Origin: a virus
Lineage: Duplodnaviria > Caudoviricetes
Direction: 5' to 3' (one strand)
Virus record (IMG/VR): IMGVR_UViG_3300035670_010208
Location: 1 to 63,037 of that record
Length of the DNA stretch: 63,037 nt
Under the pieces are notes generated by a model, which did not search any database, had not been told where the DNA came from, and was given only the letters and a program-made list of their open reading frames with translations. Below are positions 9,124 through 18,859 of the stretch, piece after piece (position 1 is the first letter of the stretch; every line of letters begins with the position of its first letter). The position numbers and the translations under genes were made by a program.

Positions 9124-10755
9124 TTATTTAAAATTATTTATACTTGACGAATATGATAATTTTTTTAAATAGTTTATAATATTTCCAACTATTAAAATGT
9201 TTTGGTTATCTATTTGCAACATCTTGTAGACACCATTTCCTGTGGTTGAGTTTATATTATAAGTCGATCCCGTATAGTTTGAAGTCTTAAATTTTATAAA
9301 TTTATTTGAAGAATAGTTACCAAAAGATGAAGATATAGCTGTATATAAACCTCCAATAAAAATATTATTATCATAAATCAATACATCTTTACACTCTCTG
9401 CTTGCGCTTATTATGTTTGTTGTGACCAAATTCCCTGTTGATTTTTCTATGCTTGCAAAATTAAACCTATTAACTCCTCCAACTGAGTTGAAGTTTCCGC
9501 ATATATAAAACATGGTGCTATAGGGGTAGATAGAGCTTACAGAGCCACCACCAGATCCAGTTATTGTTACATTTGGATTCCATGAAGTAAGATTCGAAGA
9601 AGTGAGATTTACTGCCCCAAGACTGTTTCTTGTAGAGCCAGAAAGACTTGTGAAAGAACCTCCGATATACACAACACTGCCGCTGATATGTATGTCATTA
9701 ACTGTGCTTGAAGAGTTCGGATCCCATGAAAACACATTTCCGTTTGATGGATTTACAGAGGCAATTCTGTTTCTTGTAGTTCCGCTTATTGTAGTAAAAG
9801 TGCCTCCGACATAAATTATATTTTCGTTAACAACTATTGCGTTTATTTGTGTACTGCTTCCTAAATTTGAAACGAATGATGTATCTAGTTGTCCTGTAGA
9901 TTTGTTCAATTTAGCAAATCCGGTTCTAGATGATGAACTTACAGTAGTAAAGCTTCCTCCTATGTATATATGAGATCCGCTAATACATATAGCATTAACT
10001 AGTCCGTTCGATACGTTTCCGCTAAAGGCAGGATCTAAAGAAGATAAATCTGGTTTGATTTTGGCCAATCTTGGTACTGATTGTCCATTTATTGTTGTGA
10101 AATCTCCTGCTATAAAAACACTGCCATCATCATCTTTTACAGCTTTGTATATGCCAGTTCCGCCACCAAATGTGAACACATCAGATACTCTTGTGAAATC
10201 TGAGATAGTTGTATTAGCAAAATAGTTTAAATCGTCTAAATAATTTCCGATTTTATCTCTTGCAAAGAGAGAAAAATAAAAACTTCCGGTATATGAAGAA
10301 TAATCAAATTCAGCAGATAAGCTATCTATTTTTATGCTTGAAGATATTAGAGTCAATCCCGCCTGATATCTTGATGATATTTGAGTAGTAGAAAAGTACA
10401 AATCAAATAGGACGTCTTGCTCTTTTGTCCAGGATGGAAGGTTGCTCGGAGAAGATGATATTACAAATTTACCAGAACTATTGGTCAAAAATGATATATT
10501 TAAAATTATTTCATCTTTATTTGCTTCGTAATATGGGGATTGAGAACCAATAGTTATATATTTTATGTTTGTGGTTGAATTTTTTTGCTCTAAAGCGTTT
10601 CTTGTAGAGAAAATTCCGCTCTTTGTAAAGACTAGAGGCGTTGTAAGAGATTCTCCAAACTCATTTAAAATTCTTTCGTTTCTTATGTTTAGATTTTCAT
10701 CTAGTTTTTTGTTTATTTTACTTTTATATTCTGGTATTGGATCGCTAAAAGCCAT
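9124..10755 (-). CDS. Beta-propeller repeat protein, putative virion surface or adhesion protein
   Basis: About six repeats of ~50 aa with consensus IY(I/V)GGxFTx(I/V)xGxxRNx(L/I)A...WxPN; Ser/Thr/Gly-rich; GAGGA SD. Confidence 0.75.
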   Translation of the reverse strand: MAFSDPIPEYKSKINKKLDENLNIRNERILNEFGESLTTPLVFTKSGIFSTRNALEQKNSTTNIKYITIGSQSPYYEANKDEIILNISFLTNSSGKFVISSSPSNLPSWTKEQDVLFDLYFSTTQISSRYQAGLTLISSSIKIDSLSAEFDYSSYTGSFYFSLFARDKIGNYLDDLNYFANTTISDFTRVSDVFTFGGGTGIYKAVKDDDGSVFIAGDFTTINGQSVPRLAKIKPDLSSLDPAFSGNVSNGLVNAICISGSHIYIGGSFTTVSSSSRTGFAKLNKSTGQLDTSFVSNLGSSTQINAIVVNENIIYVGGTFTTISGTTRNRIASVNPSNGNVFSWDPNSSSTVNDIHISGSVVYIGGSFTSLSGSTRNSLGAVNLTSSNLTSWNPNVTITGSGGGSVSSIYPYSTMFYICGNFNSVGGVNRFNFASIEKSTGNLVTTNIISASRECKDVLIYDNNIFIGGLYTAISSSFGNYSSNKFIKFKTSNYTGSTYNINSTTGNGVYKMLQIDNQNILIVGNIINYLKKLSYSSSINNFK

Positions 10756-10791
10756 TTATTAGTCCTCTATAAATAATTATACTTTTTTTAG

Positions 10792-10820
10792 ATTATAAAC
10801 ACCAGCGACCGATGAATCAA
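10792..10820 (-). promoter_or_regulatory. Sigma70-type promoter (leftward)
   Basis: Minus strand reads TTGATT-17 nt-TATAAT, upstream of the leftward gene block. Confidence 0.65.
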
Positions 10821-10857
10821 GTGTAGTTTTAGAAATAATTTTTTTTAAAAAAAGTTC

Positions 10858-10886
10858 TTGACTACCCCCTTGACTGGTTTTAGGGT
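10858..10886 (+). promoter_or_regulatory. Possible sigma70-type promoter (rightward)
   Basis: TTGACT-17 nt-TAGGGT with an A/T tract (UP-like) just upstream. Confidence 0.4.
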
Positions 10887-11438
10887 TGGGGGGAAAAGAA
10901 AAGGGGGGTGAAACTGGATTATAAAGAATTAAAGAGAATAAACAAGATATATAACATGATAAATAATTATATAAGTTAGCTAAAGCTAATATATATAAAT
11001 TAAAGATCAATAGAAGTATAAATATATTTATTATCTTTATCTATAACTTTAATATCTGTTAAAGTACATTTATTCTTTATAAACTCTTTACTAGTAATAG
11101 TTATGTTATAAATATTATTTATTATATTAGATAGATCTGTTTTATAGATAGAATTATCTAAAGAATTATAGATATATACAACTCCATAAATATGATCTGA
11201 TGTATTAGATAATACATAACTATGTTTAAGGTATTCTTGAGGTTCAATCTTCAATCTTTTCTTGAATAAATTAAAAGAAATTCCTAGACTATATAGTCTA
11301 GAAGGTTTTTCTACATCATGAATAGAAATATGTATCTTGCTGAACTTTTTATTTACTTTAATAAAAGTAAATGGAGTAAGTATATGTATGTGATTAACTG
11401 ACTGATAAATTAAATATTTTTTAAAAAAGGAATTTTCC
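10880..11438. other. AT-rich low-complexity spacer with G-tracts; candidate replication origin
   Basis: GGGTTGGGGGGAAAAGAAAAGGGGGG followed by ~520 bp of extremely AT-rich DNA with no convincing gene. Confidence 0.4.
11284..11301. repeat. 18-bp perfect palindrome CTAGACTATATAGTCTAG
   Basis: Read directly; the sequence equals its reverse complement. Confidence 0.85.
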
Positions 11439-11750
11439 ATGAAAAACTCTGAGTTAGAAATTAACGAAAATGCTGTTTTTGAGATCTGGTATGGTAAAGA
11501 CTACTTTGATCGAGATGTAAATATTGAAGATAGTAATCTTTTAAAGTTTTTATTAGATATGTCTGAGGTTAAAGATGTAGAAGGACATGATAGTGAGTCT
11601 TTTAAGAGACTCTTCGAACACGCCCTAAAAGAACACTATATTCAGCTACCAGATGGTTCTAGATTTGTTAGGAGCTTAGTGTCTGCTAAAGAGAGAGGAT
11701 GGGAAGATATATATCAAACTCTCTCTCTTGCTATAGAGAAACATAAATAA
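11439..11750 (+). CDS. Hypothetical protein
   Basis: AAGGA SD, protein-like composition; stop abuts the convergent gene's stop. Confidence 0.65.
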   Translation: MKNSELEINENAVFEIWYGKDYFDRDVNIEDSNLLKFLLDMSEVKDVEGHDSESFKRLFEHALKEHYIQLPDGSRFVRSLVSAKERGWEDIYQTLSLAIEKHK

Positions 11751-12353
11751 TTATATTTTCTGCTTAAGTCTTTCCATAATAAATCTGGAAAAACTATCTA
11801 TATTTTTAGCTATCGACTTAGAATCATTAATATCTAGCTTTCTCGATGATCTTTTTTCTGGAGCTGGTATTGATGGTTTTGGCTCTGCTCCTGGTTGTCC
11901 TTCTGTTGGTAGATCTGGTTCTAGTTTTTTGAATCTTGGATCTTTCTTAGTTACACTAGCACCCTCTGACGAAAAGATTTTGACAACACCTTCTTTACCA
12001 TAAAGTTCTTCTGATTCTACGAAGTTCTTTTCAATAAGAATACCATTTTTGTCAAAATTCTCTTTTACCCATTGTTCCGTATCTGCTTGGTTGAATGCAT
12101 AATCATATTTAACTCCATCATTTCCAACTAGATACTCTGAATCTTCTCCAGATACTCCCTCTCCTTGGTTTCTTAGTGCCATTGGAAAATAAAAAGTTTT
12201 ACCTGAGTCATCTTGATCTGAAATTAATTTAAGATGATAACCAGTTCCTTTCCATTGAAATTTATAAGGTTTTCCCTTTTTAGCAGAAGCATCTTCTGCC
12301 TCTTTTATTAGAAGATTTATTTTTTTAAATTTTAGTTTTCCTGATATTTTCAT
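11751..12353 (-). CDS. Hypothetical protein, putative internal head protein
   Basis: N-terminus MKISGKLKFKKINLLIKE-A resembles a prohead-protease-cleaved leader. Confidence 0.65.
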   Translation of the reverse strand: MKISGKLKFKKINLLIKEAEDASAKKGKPYKFQWKGTGYHLKLISDQDDSGKTFYFPMALRNQGEGVSGEDSEYLVGNDGVKYDYAFNQADTEQWVKENFDKNGILIEKNFVESEELYGKEGVVKIFSSEGASVTKKDPRFKKLEPDLPTEGQPGAEPKPSIPAPEKRSSRKLDINDSKSIAKNIDSFSRFIMERLKQKI

Positions 12354-12377
12354 TTTCTTTTCCTTTTATTGTTTTGA

Positions 12378-14279
12378 TTATAAGATATCGTCGTCTAAGC
12401 TAATTTCTACACTTGGAGCTTTGGTAGAAATATCTTCTATGTCTATTTTGGATCTAGTTCTTGTAGTAGCTTTTTCAGGATCTTCTGTGAATTGATTTTT
12501 AATTAATCTCAGACCTAAATCATGCCATATGTATGTGTACTTATCTTCGTCTTTAACTACCTCAGATTTAGGGTTTCTTATATAGTCTTCTATTTCTTTT
12601 TGCGAAAATCCATCTTTAACAGCTTTTTCAAATTTATCTTTTATTTCTTTTTGTTTCTGCTGTATGTAATCTTTAAGATTTTTAATAAATCTAATATCTG
12701 ATTCTGAATCAGATGGAGAAGGGGGGTTTAGTTCTAGAGTTCTTTCACGTTGATATATTTCTTTTCTTAGGAGATTGATTTCCCTAGCGTAATCTTTAAT
12801 GCTTTTTTTGTTTTCTACATGTTCAGAAGGTCGTTTGTGTATTACCTCTAGATAAGATCCTGCTCCTAACCCTCCTTTTTTGTAAGGCAAAGATAGTTTG
12901 TTTACAATTTCCTCTGTTCCTGTTATAACTATAGGCTTCTCTATTGGACGATTTGGATCTGATTTATTTTCAATTCTCTGATAAAGTGGTGCGCTCTGAT
13001 TTGGTTGATATCTGTTTACTGGAATATTTCCATTCCATCGTTCCATATTTGATATAAGATCTTTTGCAATAGGTAGATTTTTATTTTTTATATATTCGAA
13101 CGCTCTTTTTCCTACATCTGACGACAGTGGGAAATTTGGCCTATAATATTCTTCGCCACCTTCTCCTTGAAATTGAGTATATTCTTTTATTTTTCCATCT
13201 ACTATTAGTAAGTAATAATAATATTGACCTCCACCTAAATGATGCATTCTTAATCCATCTTTAAATGCTAATATGCAAAAATAACAATCTTTATAAGAAG
13301 TTGGATTACCATTCTTATCACCAGCATACAACACTTCGAATGTACCTTTGCCTGATTCGTTCTCTTTTTTTGTAATATGATCTAGTGCTTGCTCTCCTGG
13401 TTTCGCAGAAAGCTCAGAAGAAACCGTACCTTTGCCAGAAGGTTCTTCTATTTCTAGATTCCTAAATCTTTTTGAAACAGCAGGTGTGCTAGGCGCTGGC
13501 TTTGTTTGTTCTTCTGGTTCGCCCAGATCAAGTCCAGAAAATCTTTTTAGTTTTTGTGCTGGAGTTTCTTTTGGTTTTTGAGAAGGTACTTGTCCTTCTG
13601 GATCTATATCCAGTTTACCAATTTCAGAAATCATAAATAAAATTTTAGAATTTTCTTTTATTACCTTCTTTGCCTTTCTTGAGATTCTTAACCACTCTCC
13701 TAGTCCAAAGATATCCTTTCTTTTTGGTTTGTGTGTAGATATAGAATATCCATCACCTATAGCTCTAAACAAATTAGAGATAGCCGTATTTACATCTGGG
13801 TTTTCTAGTCTTTGTGGTTCTCTCTTTCCAGAAGATATATCTGTCATGATAGATATTATCAAATTTAGTTCGTCTCTTTCGTCTGGATTTACCAATTCCT
13901 TTTTTTTTGCATTTAAATAATTTATAAATCCTGTAGGATTTTCATCATATATTTTGCTGTATTTTTCATAGTCAGAATATATATCTTCTCTTTCCATCCC
14001 TGCATATCTATTTCTTAAATCCTCTGTTGAAAGACCGCTTTTTTCACTTTCTATATATTTGTATAATTTAAAATCTGATTTCGCATCTCCTTCAGGAGAT
14101 GATTTTGCGTACATTATGTTATAGAAGTCCTTTTCTGGAAATCTTGGATTATGAATTCTTGAAGTCTTAACTAGAACATACTCAGTGCCTAATTCTGTAG
14201 GTGGTTCCAGTTTGTAAAGATGAATTTTTTCAAGTTCTGTGTCTTTTATGGTTTTTTCTCTAAAGGCTAAATTTGGCAT
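12378..14279 (-). CDS. Large hypothetical protein
   Basis: 633-aa ORF with GAGGA SD; Pro-rich linkers and repeated RFxxL(E/D) motifs. Confidence 0.75.
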   Translation of the reverse strand: MPNLAFREKTIKDTELEKIHLYKLEPPTELGTEYVLVKTSRIHNPRFPEKDFYNIMYAKSSPEGDAKSDFKLYKYIESEKSGLSTEDLRNRYAGMEREDIYSDYEKYSKIYDENPTGFINYLNAKKKELVNPDERDELNLIISIMTDISSGKREPQRLENPDVNTAISNLFRAIGDGYSISTHKPKRKDIFGLGEWLRISRKAKKVIKENSKILFMISEIGKLDIDPEGQVPSQKPKETPAQKLKRFSGLDLGEPEEQTKPAPSTPAVSKRFRNLEIEEPSGKGTVSSELSAKPGEQALDHITKKENESGKGTFEVLYAGDKNGNPTSYKDCYFCILAFKDGLRMHHLGGGQYYYYLLIVDGKIKEYTQFQGEGGEEYYRPNFPLSSDVGKRAFEYIKNKNLPIAKDLISNMERWNGNIPVNRYQPNQSAPLYQRIENKSDPNRPIEKPIVITGTEEIVNKLSLPYKKGGLGAGSYLEVIHKRPSEHVENKKSIKDYAREINLLRKEIYQRERTLELNPPSPSDSESDIRFIKNLKDYIQQKQKEIKDKFEKAVKDGFSQKEIEDYIRNPKSEVVKDEDKYTYIWHDLGLRLIKNQFTEDPEKATTRTRSKIDIEDISTKAPSVEISLDDDIL

Positions 14280-14346
14280 TTTTCTTTCCTCTAGCTTAAT
14301 TATTTGAAAAAAATTTAAAATATATTTAATTTTAAAAAATTAACAT

Positions 14347-14354
14347 ATAATTAA
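14347..14354 (+). promoter_or_regulatory. Putative late-promoter motif ATAATTAA
   Basis: Instance of the recurrent (A/C)TA(A/T)TTA motif just upstream of the SD of a structural gene. Confidence 0.4.
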
Positions 14355-14375
14355 TTTAGATTTTTGGAGATTAAA

Positions 14376-15500
14376 ATGTCATCTTTAGTACAAGAAGCAA
14401 TCTTAGATGCTAAGAAAATTAGAGAAGCCGCTAAAAAAGTTGCTCTAAACTCTTTGAAAGAAAAGTATTCGTCAGAATTCAAGAAGAATTTTAAAAATCA
14501 GCTAAAAAAAATATCTGAGGCCGATGAAATGCCAAAAGATGAAGGTGAAGATTCCGATCTCTTTTCTGATTTGGATTTTGGAGGAGACGAAGAGTCTGGT
14601 GGTGGCGATAAGTCTCCAGATCCTTTTGCTGATCTATCTGCAAGTGCAGGTGCTCCATCTCAACCAAAACCACAAGATGCAGCTGCTAAATCTGTAATAG
14701 ATGAAGTTCCAACTTCTTTTTCTTCAGATACTTTGAAAGATCAGGTTGTAGAGATAGATCTTGGAGAGATTGTCAACGCGACAGAAAAAGAACTTGAGTC
14801 TGAGGTTGGGACAGAAGATAGAAAGCAGCTAGCAGATGTTGAGCCACCAGTTCAAACAGGTCTTCCTGGAGATTCTTACAAAGAAGACGAAGAAAGTGAT
14901 GAAAAGGATCAGGAAAAAGAAGAGGGAGACGAAGAAGAAGATTTAGATTCTCCTATGTTCGACAAGGAATCGAAAGACGAAGAGGATGATGAAGAGTTTT
15001 CTCTCACTAAAGAGTCTTTAGAGCAGTATCTAGACTTAGAGAGTAAGCTTTCTGAAAAGATTCGTCATTATGAATTTAAAATAAAAACTCAATCTAAGCA
15101 GATGAATAGGGTTGAGAAAGAAAACGAAGTTCTCAAAGAAAGGCTTAGGCTTACAAATGAGACACTTTACAAATCTAATTTGGAAAACGCCAAATTGGTT
15201 TTCAAAAATAAGGTTTTGGTTGATGCATCGTTGAATGATCGTCAAAAAAAATCAATGTTAGAGAGTATTAGTAAATTTAATGAAAGTGAAATAGAAACTT
15301 TGCCAAATCTTTATTCTATTATCAAAGAAGCTGTTGGAGCTGCTGACATCAAGAGTCGCAAAAAAGAATCTTTAACAGAAATTCTTAGTTCTAAGAGTAC
15401 CGCTTATATAGGCGGAAAACAAAAAGAACAAGAAGATAAAGAAGAAGTTAGTGAAGGCTTCAAAAAATGGCAAAAACTTGCTAAACTAATATCAGATTAA
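14376..15500 (+). CDS. Prohead core / scaffolding protein (functional analogue of T4 gp22)
   Basis: Acidic, coiled-coil protein directly upstream of the capsid gene; many LxE sites. The ATG at 14376 has a GGAG SD (the track starts at TTG 14364). Confidence 0.75.
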   Translation: MSSLVQEAILDAKKIREAAKKVALNSLKEKYSSEFKKNFKNQLKKISEADEMPKDEGEDSDLFSDLDFGGDEESGGGDKSPDPFADLSASAGAPSQPKPQDAAAKSVIDEVPTSFSSDTLKDQVVEIDLGEIVNATEKELESEVGTEDRKQLADVEPPVQTGLPGDSYKEDEESDEKDQEKEEGDEEEDLDSPMFDKESKDEEDDEEFSLTKESLEQYLDLESKLSEKIRHYEFKIKTQSKQMNRVEKENEVLKERLRLTNETLYKSNLENAKLVFKNKVLVDASLNDRQKKSMLESISKFNESEIETLPNLYSIIKEAVGAADIKSRKKESLTEILSSKSTAYIGGKQKEQEDKEEVSEGFKKWQKLAKLISD

Positions 15501-15523
15501 AAACAAAGGAGATTTTAAAAACT

Positions 15524-17308
15524 ATGTCAGCAGAAAATGCACTATTTAAATGGATTAACGAATCCTCAAAAAATGAATATGTCTCAAGAAAGCAGGTTGC
15601 AAAACAGCTTGTCAAGAAATGGGAACAGACCGGCCTTCTCGAAGGTATCAAAGATAAAGATAGCCAGCTCGTCAAAACAAACGTTGCTTGCCTTCTCGAA
15701 AACCAGCTAAACAGCACAAGAAAGCAGCTTCTTGCAGAAACTTCAGCACTCGCTTCAGGCGACGTTCAGGGCTTTGCAACTGTTGCATTCCCAATGATTA
15801 GACGTGTTTTCGCAGATATCATTTCAAATGAACTTGTATCTGTACAGCCAATGTCGATGCCAAACGGTCTAATCTTCTTCCTTGACTTCCAGACTCCAAC
15901 AACTAAGGGTGTTGGCGCAACAGCAAACGCATCAGTATATGGTGGAGGCGTTGTTGGTTCACAGATCACAGGCGGTGTTAACTTAACTGGCGTTGATCCT
16001 TTCTCGGCTAGACCAAATCTAAACCTTGAATCAGGATTTTACTCACTAAACTTTGGTTATGGTTCTCCAACTGGATCATCAACTGCAACTCTTACACTCA
16101 TCCTTTCAGGTGTTGTTGGAGCAGGTGACGCAACTAACCCAGGTCAGGCAGCCCTTGATAAAGCTGTAAATTACGATATTGACCTTTCTGGTTCACAGGT
16201 CGGTATTTTCACCGCACCACTTTCTTCTTTCTCACAGCTAAATCAGAGAGGGTTTATTACTCTCACTGACCAGAAAGAATCGGGAAATGGTATTCAGACC
16301 CAGGTAAGAAGACTTACTTCTTTCTCAGGCTCATCAACTTCAGTACTAAAACTTGCTTATGTTCTCACTGGCGCTATTACCCCACAGGCAGCAGCACTAG
16401 CAGACATGACTTCTTCTGCAAGAACCTTTAATTGGGCAATTGTTGACGATTTCCAGAACGTAGGTTCAAGCGCTCTTGGTGCAGTAGTAGGCGACCCAAC
16501 TTGGGGCTTTGAATTCGGTGGAAACATTGGTGAAAACGCTCAGATTCCTGAGATCGACATCAAGATTGACTCCGTTTCAATCACCACTCTAACCAAGAAA
16601 CTCAAAGCAAGATGGACTCCAGAACTTGCTCAGGATCTTGACGCATACCAGAACATGGACGCAGAAGTAGAACTCACTTCAGTAATCACTGAAATTGTCG
16701 GCCTCGAAATCGACGCAGAAATTCTAACTGACCTTGTTCAGAATGCTTATACCAGCGGTGCAGCAACCAGATATTGGTCAGCTCTTCCTGGTAAATTCGT
16801 CAACAAAGCAACTGGCGAAACTCTTGCAGCAACACAGCAGGGTGATTTCACTGGTAACGTCTCTGAATGGTACATGACTCTCCTCATGACCATCAACGAA
16901 GTTTCCGCTGAAATTCACAGACACTGCGTAAGAGGCGGTGCAACCTTCCTTGTAACCTCACCAAACGTTTGTGCAGTTCTCGAATCAACCTCTCTCTGGT
17001 ATGCAGATATCACTGATGATGCTGATAAGGGTGGCGCAGGCACCATGAAGATGGGCAAATTTGGTCCTTCCAAGTGGAAAGTATACTCAACTCCTTACTT
17101 TGGTAGAAATACCATTCTCGTAGGAAGAAAGGGTACACAGACTCTTGAGACTGGTTACATCTATGCACCATATGTTCCACTTCAGACTACTCCAGCCATT
17201 CCTGACCCAGATACCTTCGTTCTTAACAAGGGTATCATGACTCGGTATGGTAAAAAGCTCGTAAATCCAAAACTTTACGGTCTAGTATTCTGCCGAGATC
17301 TAGTCTGA
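15524..17308 (+). CDS. Major capsid protein, T4 gp23-like
   Basis: LVKKW, LLENQ, FPMIRRVF, VSVQPMSMPNGLIFFLDF, KKLKARWTPELAQDL, EIDAEIL, GYIYAPYVPL and MTRYG motifs. Confidence 0.95.
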   Translation: MSAENALFKWINESSKNEYVSRKQVAKQLVKKWEQTGLLEGIKDKDSQLVKTNVACLLENQLNSTRKQLLAETSALASGDVQGFATVAFPMIRRVFADIISNELVSVQPMSMPNGLIFFLDFQTPTTKGVGATANASVYGGGVVGSQITGGVNLTGVDPFSARPNLNLESGFYSLNFGYGSPTGSSTATLTLILSGVVGAGDATNPGQAALDKAVNYDIDLSGSQVGIFTAPLSSFSQLNQRGFITLTDQKESGNGIQTQVRRLTSFSGSSTSVLKLAYVLTGAITPQAAALADMTSSARTFNWAIVDDFQNVGSSALGAVVGDPTWGFEFGGNIGENAQIPEIDIKIDSVSITTLTKKLKARWTPELAQDLDAYQNMDAEVELTSVITEIVGLEIDAEILTDLVQNAYTSGAATRYWSALPGKFVNKATGETLAATQQGDFTGNVSEWYMTLLMTINEVSAEIHRHCVRGGATFLVTSPNVCAVLESTSLWYADITDDADKGGAGTMKMGKFGPSKWKVYSTPYFGRNTILVGRKGTQTLETGYIYAPYVPLQTTPAIPDPDTFVLNKGIMTRYGKKLVNPKLYGLVFCRDLV

Positions 17309-17335
17309 GTCTGAGTCCTTAGCTAGTCTTGCAAA

Positions 17336-17369
17336 AAGCCCGCCCTTAAAGCGGGCTTCTTGTTTTTTT
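17336..17369 (+). terminator. Rho-independent terminator
   Basis: AAGCCCGC-loop-GCGGGCTT followed by a T-tract, after the capsid gene. Confidence 0.85.
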
Positions 17370-17394
17370 AGCATCTGTGCTGTATGTTTGTACG

Positions 17395-18831
17395 ATGGAT
17401 AAGCTTAAAACAATCAAAGATCATCTAGATCAAAAAGATAAAACTCTTTTATCTGAAACATATGATCATAAAAATATTCAAATTAAATGCAATAAATGTG
17501 AAAGCGTGTATAGAAAAACATATGATAAATTGAAGTCATCAAACTACAGATGTCCATATTGCGAAAACACAAATAAACAACTAAATACAGAACAATTTAT
17601 TATAAAAAGCAATGCTATACATTTTGGAAAGTACATTTATGACAAAACATTTTACACAAAAAGCACAAACAGGGTGACGATAACCTGCCCAGTTCATGGA
17701 GATTTTCAACAAATAGCATCAAAACATTTATTTGGACAAGGTTGCATTTTTTGCTCTTATGAACATAAACAAAAAAACAACTCTTCTGATTTACAAGATT
17801 TTATAAAAAAAGCTTCAAATCTTCATAAAAATGAATACGACTATTCTAACGTAATTTACAAAAATAACAAAACAAAAGTATCTATTTTTTGCAAAAAATG
17901 TAAAACAACCTTTGAACAAAGGCCTGACTCTCATTTAATTGGAAAAGGTTGTCCGCGATGTTTATTGTTCGGAACATCTAATCAAGAAGCAGAAATCGTT
18001 GATTTTATAAAATCAATATATAACAAAAAAATAATATGCAATTCAAGAGAGATTATATCACCAAAAGAAATAGACATCTTCTTACCAGAGGACAATTTTG
18101 CTATAGAGTACAATGGACTATATTGGCATAAAGATGATAAGACGACAAACACCTATCATTATGACAAAACAATGCAGTGCTATAAAAATAACATAAAGTT
18201 ATTTCATATATATTCTGATGAATGGCTTGAAAAGAAAGAGATTGTAAAATCTATGATTAGCAGTAGATTAAATTTATCAACATTCAAAATATATGCAAGA
18301 CAATGTGTTTTTGCGAGTGTTGACTCAAAAATAGCAAAAGAATTTTACGAAAAAAATCACATCTCTGGTGGAGATTATTATAAACACAACTTTGCCCTAT
18401 TAAAAGATGAAAAAATAGTATCATGTATTTCTTTTAGAAAGCCGAGGCATATAAAGAAATATGTTTCTCATATAGAAATTGCAAGATTTGCAAATCTATT
18501 AAATCATAATATTCCAGGATCTTTTCAAAAACTTTTAAAAAACGCTATTCATCTTATTTCTCAAAAAGAAAACATATCTGCAATATTATCTTATTGCGAT
18601 CTTAGATTTGGAGATGGTAATGTCTATAAAATTTCAGGTTTTGAAGATTGCGGACACACTGGGTTAGATTATTGGTATACAGATGGAAAAATTAGAATAA
18701 ATAGATTTAAAATGGCGTCAAATAATTTGTGTAAAGAATCTGAAAAATCTAAAAATTTAGGAATGTATAAGATATATGGGTGTGGTTCAAAAATATATAT
18801 AAAGAAAGTATTATCTAATAATTATATTTAA
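17395..18831 (+). CDS. Free-standing Hef-like homing endonuclease (Zn-ribbon repeats, PD-(D/E)xK nuclease, GNAT/Mom-like C-terminus)
   Basis: Repeated CxxC/CPxHG...HLxGxGC units, EIDIFLPEDNFAIEYNGLYWH, and ILSYCDLRFGDGNVYKISGF. Confidence 0.8.
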   Translation: MDKLKTIKDHLDQKDKTLLSETYDHKNIQIKCNKCESVYRKTYDKLKSSNYRCPYCENTNKQLNTEQFIIKSNAIHFGKYIYDKTFYTKSTNRVTITCPVHGDFQQIASKHLFGQGCIFCSYEHKQKNNSSDLQDFIKKASNLHKNEYDYSNVIYKNNKTKVSIFCKKCKTTFEQRPDSHLIGKGCPRCLLFGTSNQEAEIVDFIKSIYNKKIICNSREIISPKEIDIFLPEDNFAIEYNGLYWHKDDKTTNTYHYDKTMQCYKNNIKLFHIYSDEWLEKKEIVKSMISSRLNLSTFKIYARQCVFASVDSKIAKEFYEKNHISGGDYYKHNFALLKDEKIVSCISFRKPRHIKKYVSHIEIARFANLLNHNIPGSFQKLLKNAIHLISQKENISAILSYCDLRFGDGNVYKISGFEDCGHTGLDYWYTDGKIRINRFKMASNNLCKESEKSKNLGMYKIYGCGSKIYIKKVLSNNYI

Positions 18832-18859
18832 TTCTCTAATTATGCTAGAGGAACTTTAA

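Noticed and set aside
10777-11440. 146-aa and 77-aa minus-strand ORFs in the AT-rich spacer
   Set aside because: Their I/N/K/Y-dominated composition mirrors the AT-rich DNA, there is no clear SD, the 146-aa start overlaps the divergent gene's ATG, and the 77-aa ORF runs across the promoters. Not called, but the 146-aa ORF cannot be excluded.
17302-17330. GTCTGA-GTCTGA-GTC micro-repeat at the capsid stop
   Set aside because: Too short to be significant, and the frame after the TGA stop closes within a few codons, so there is no meaningful read-through product.
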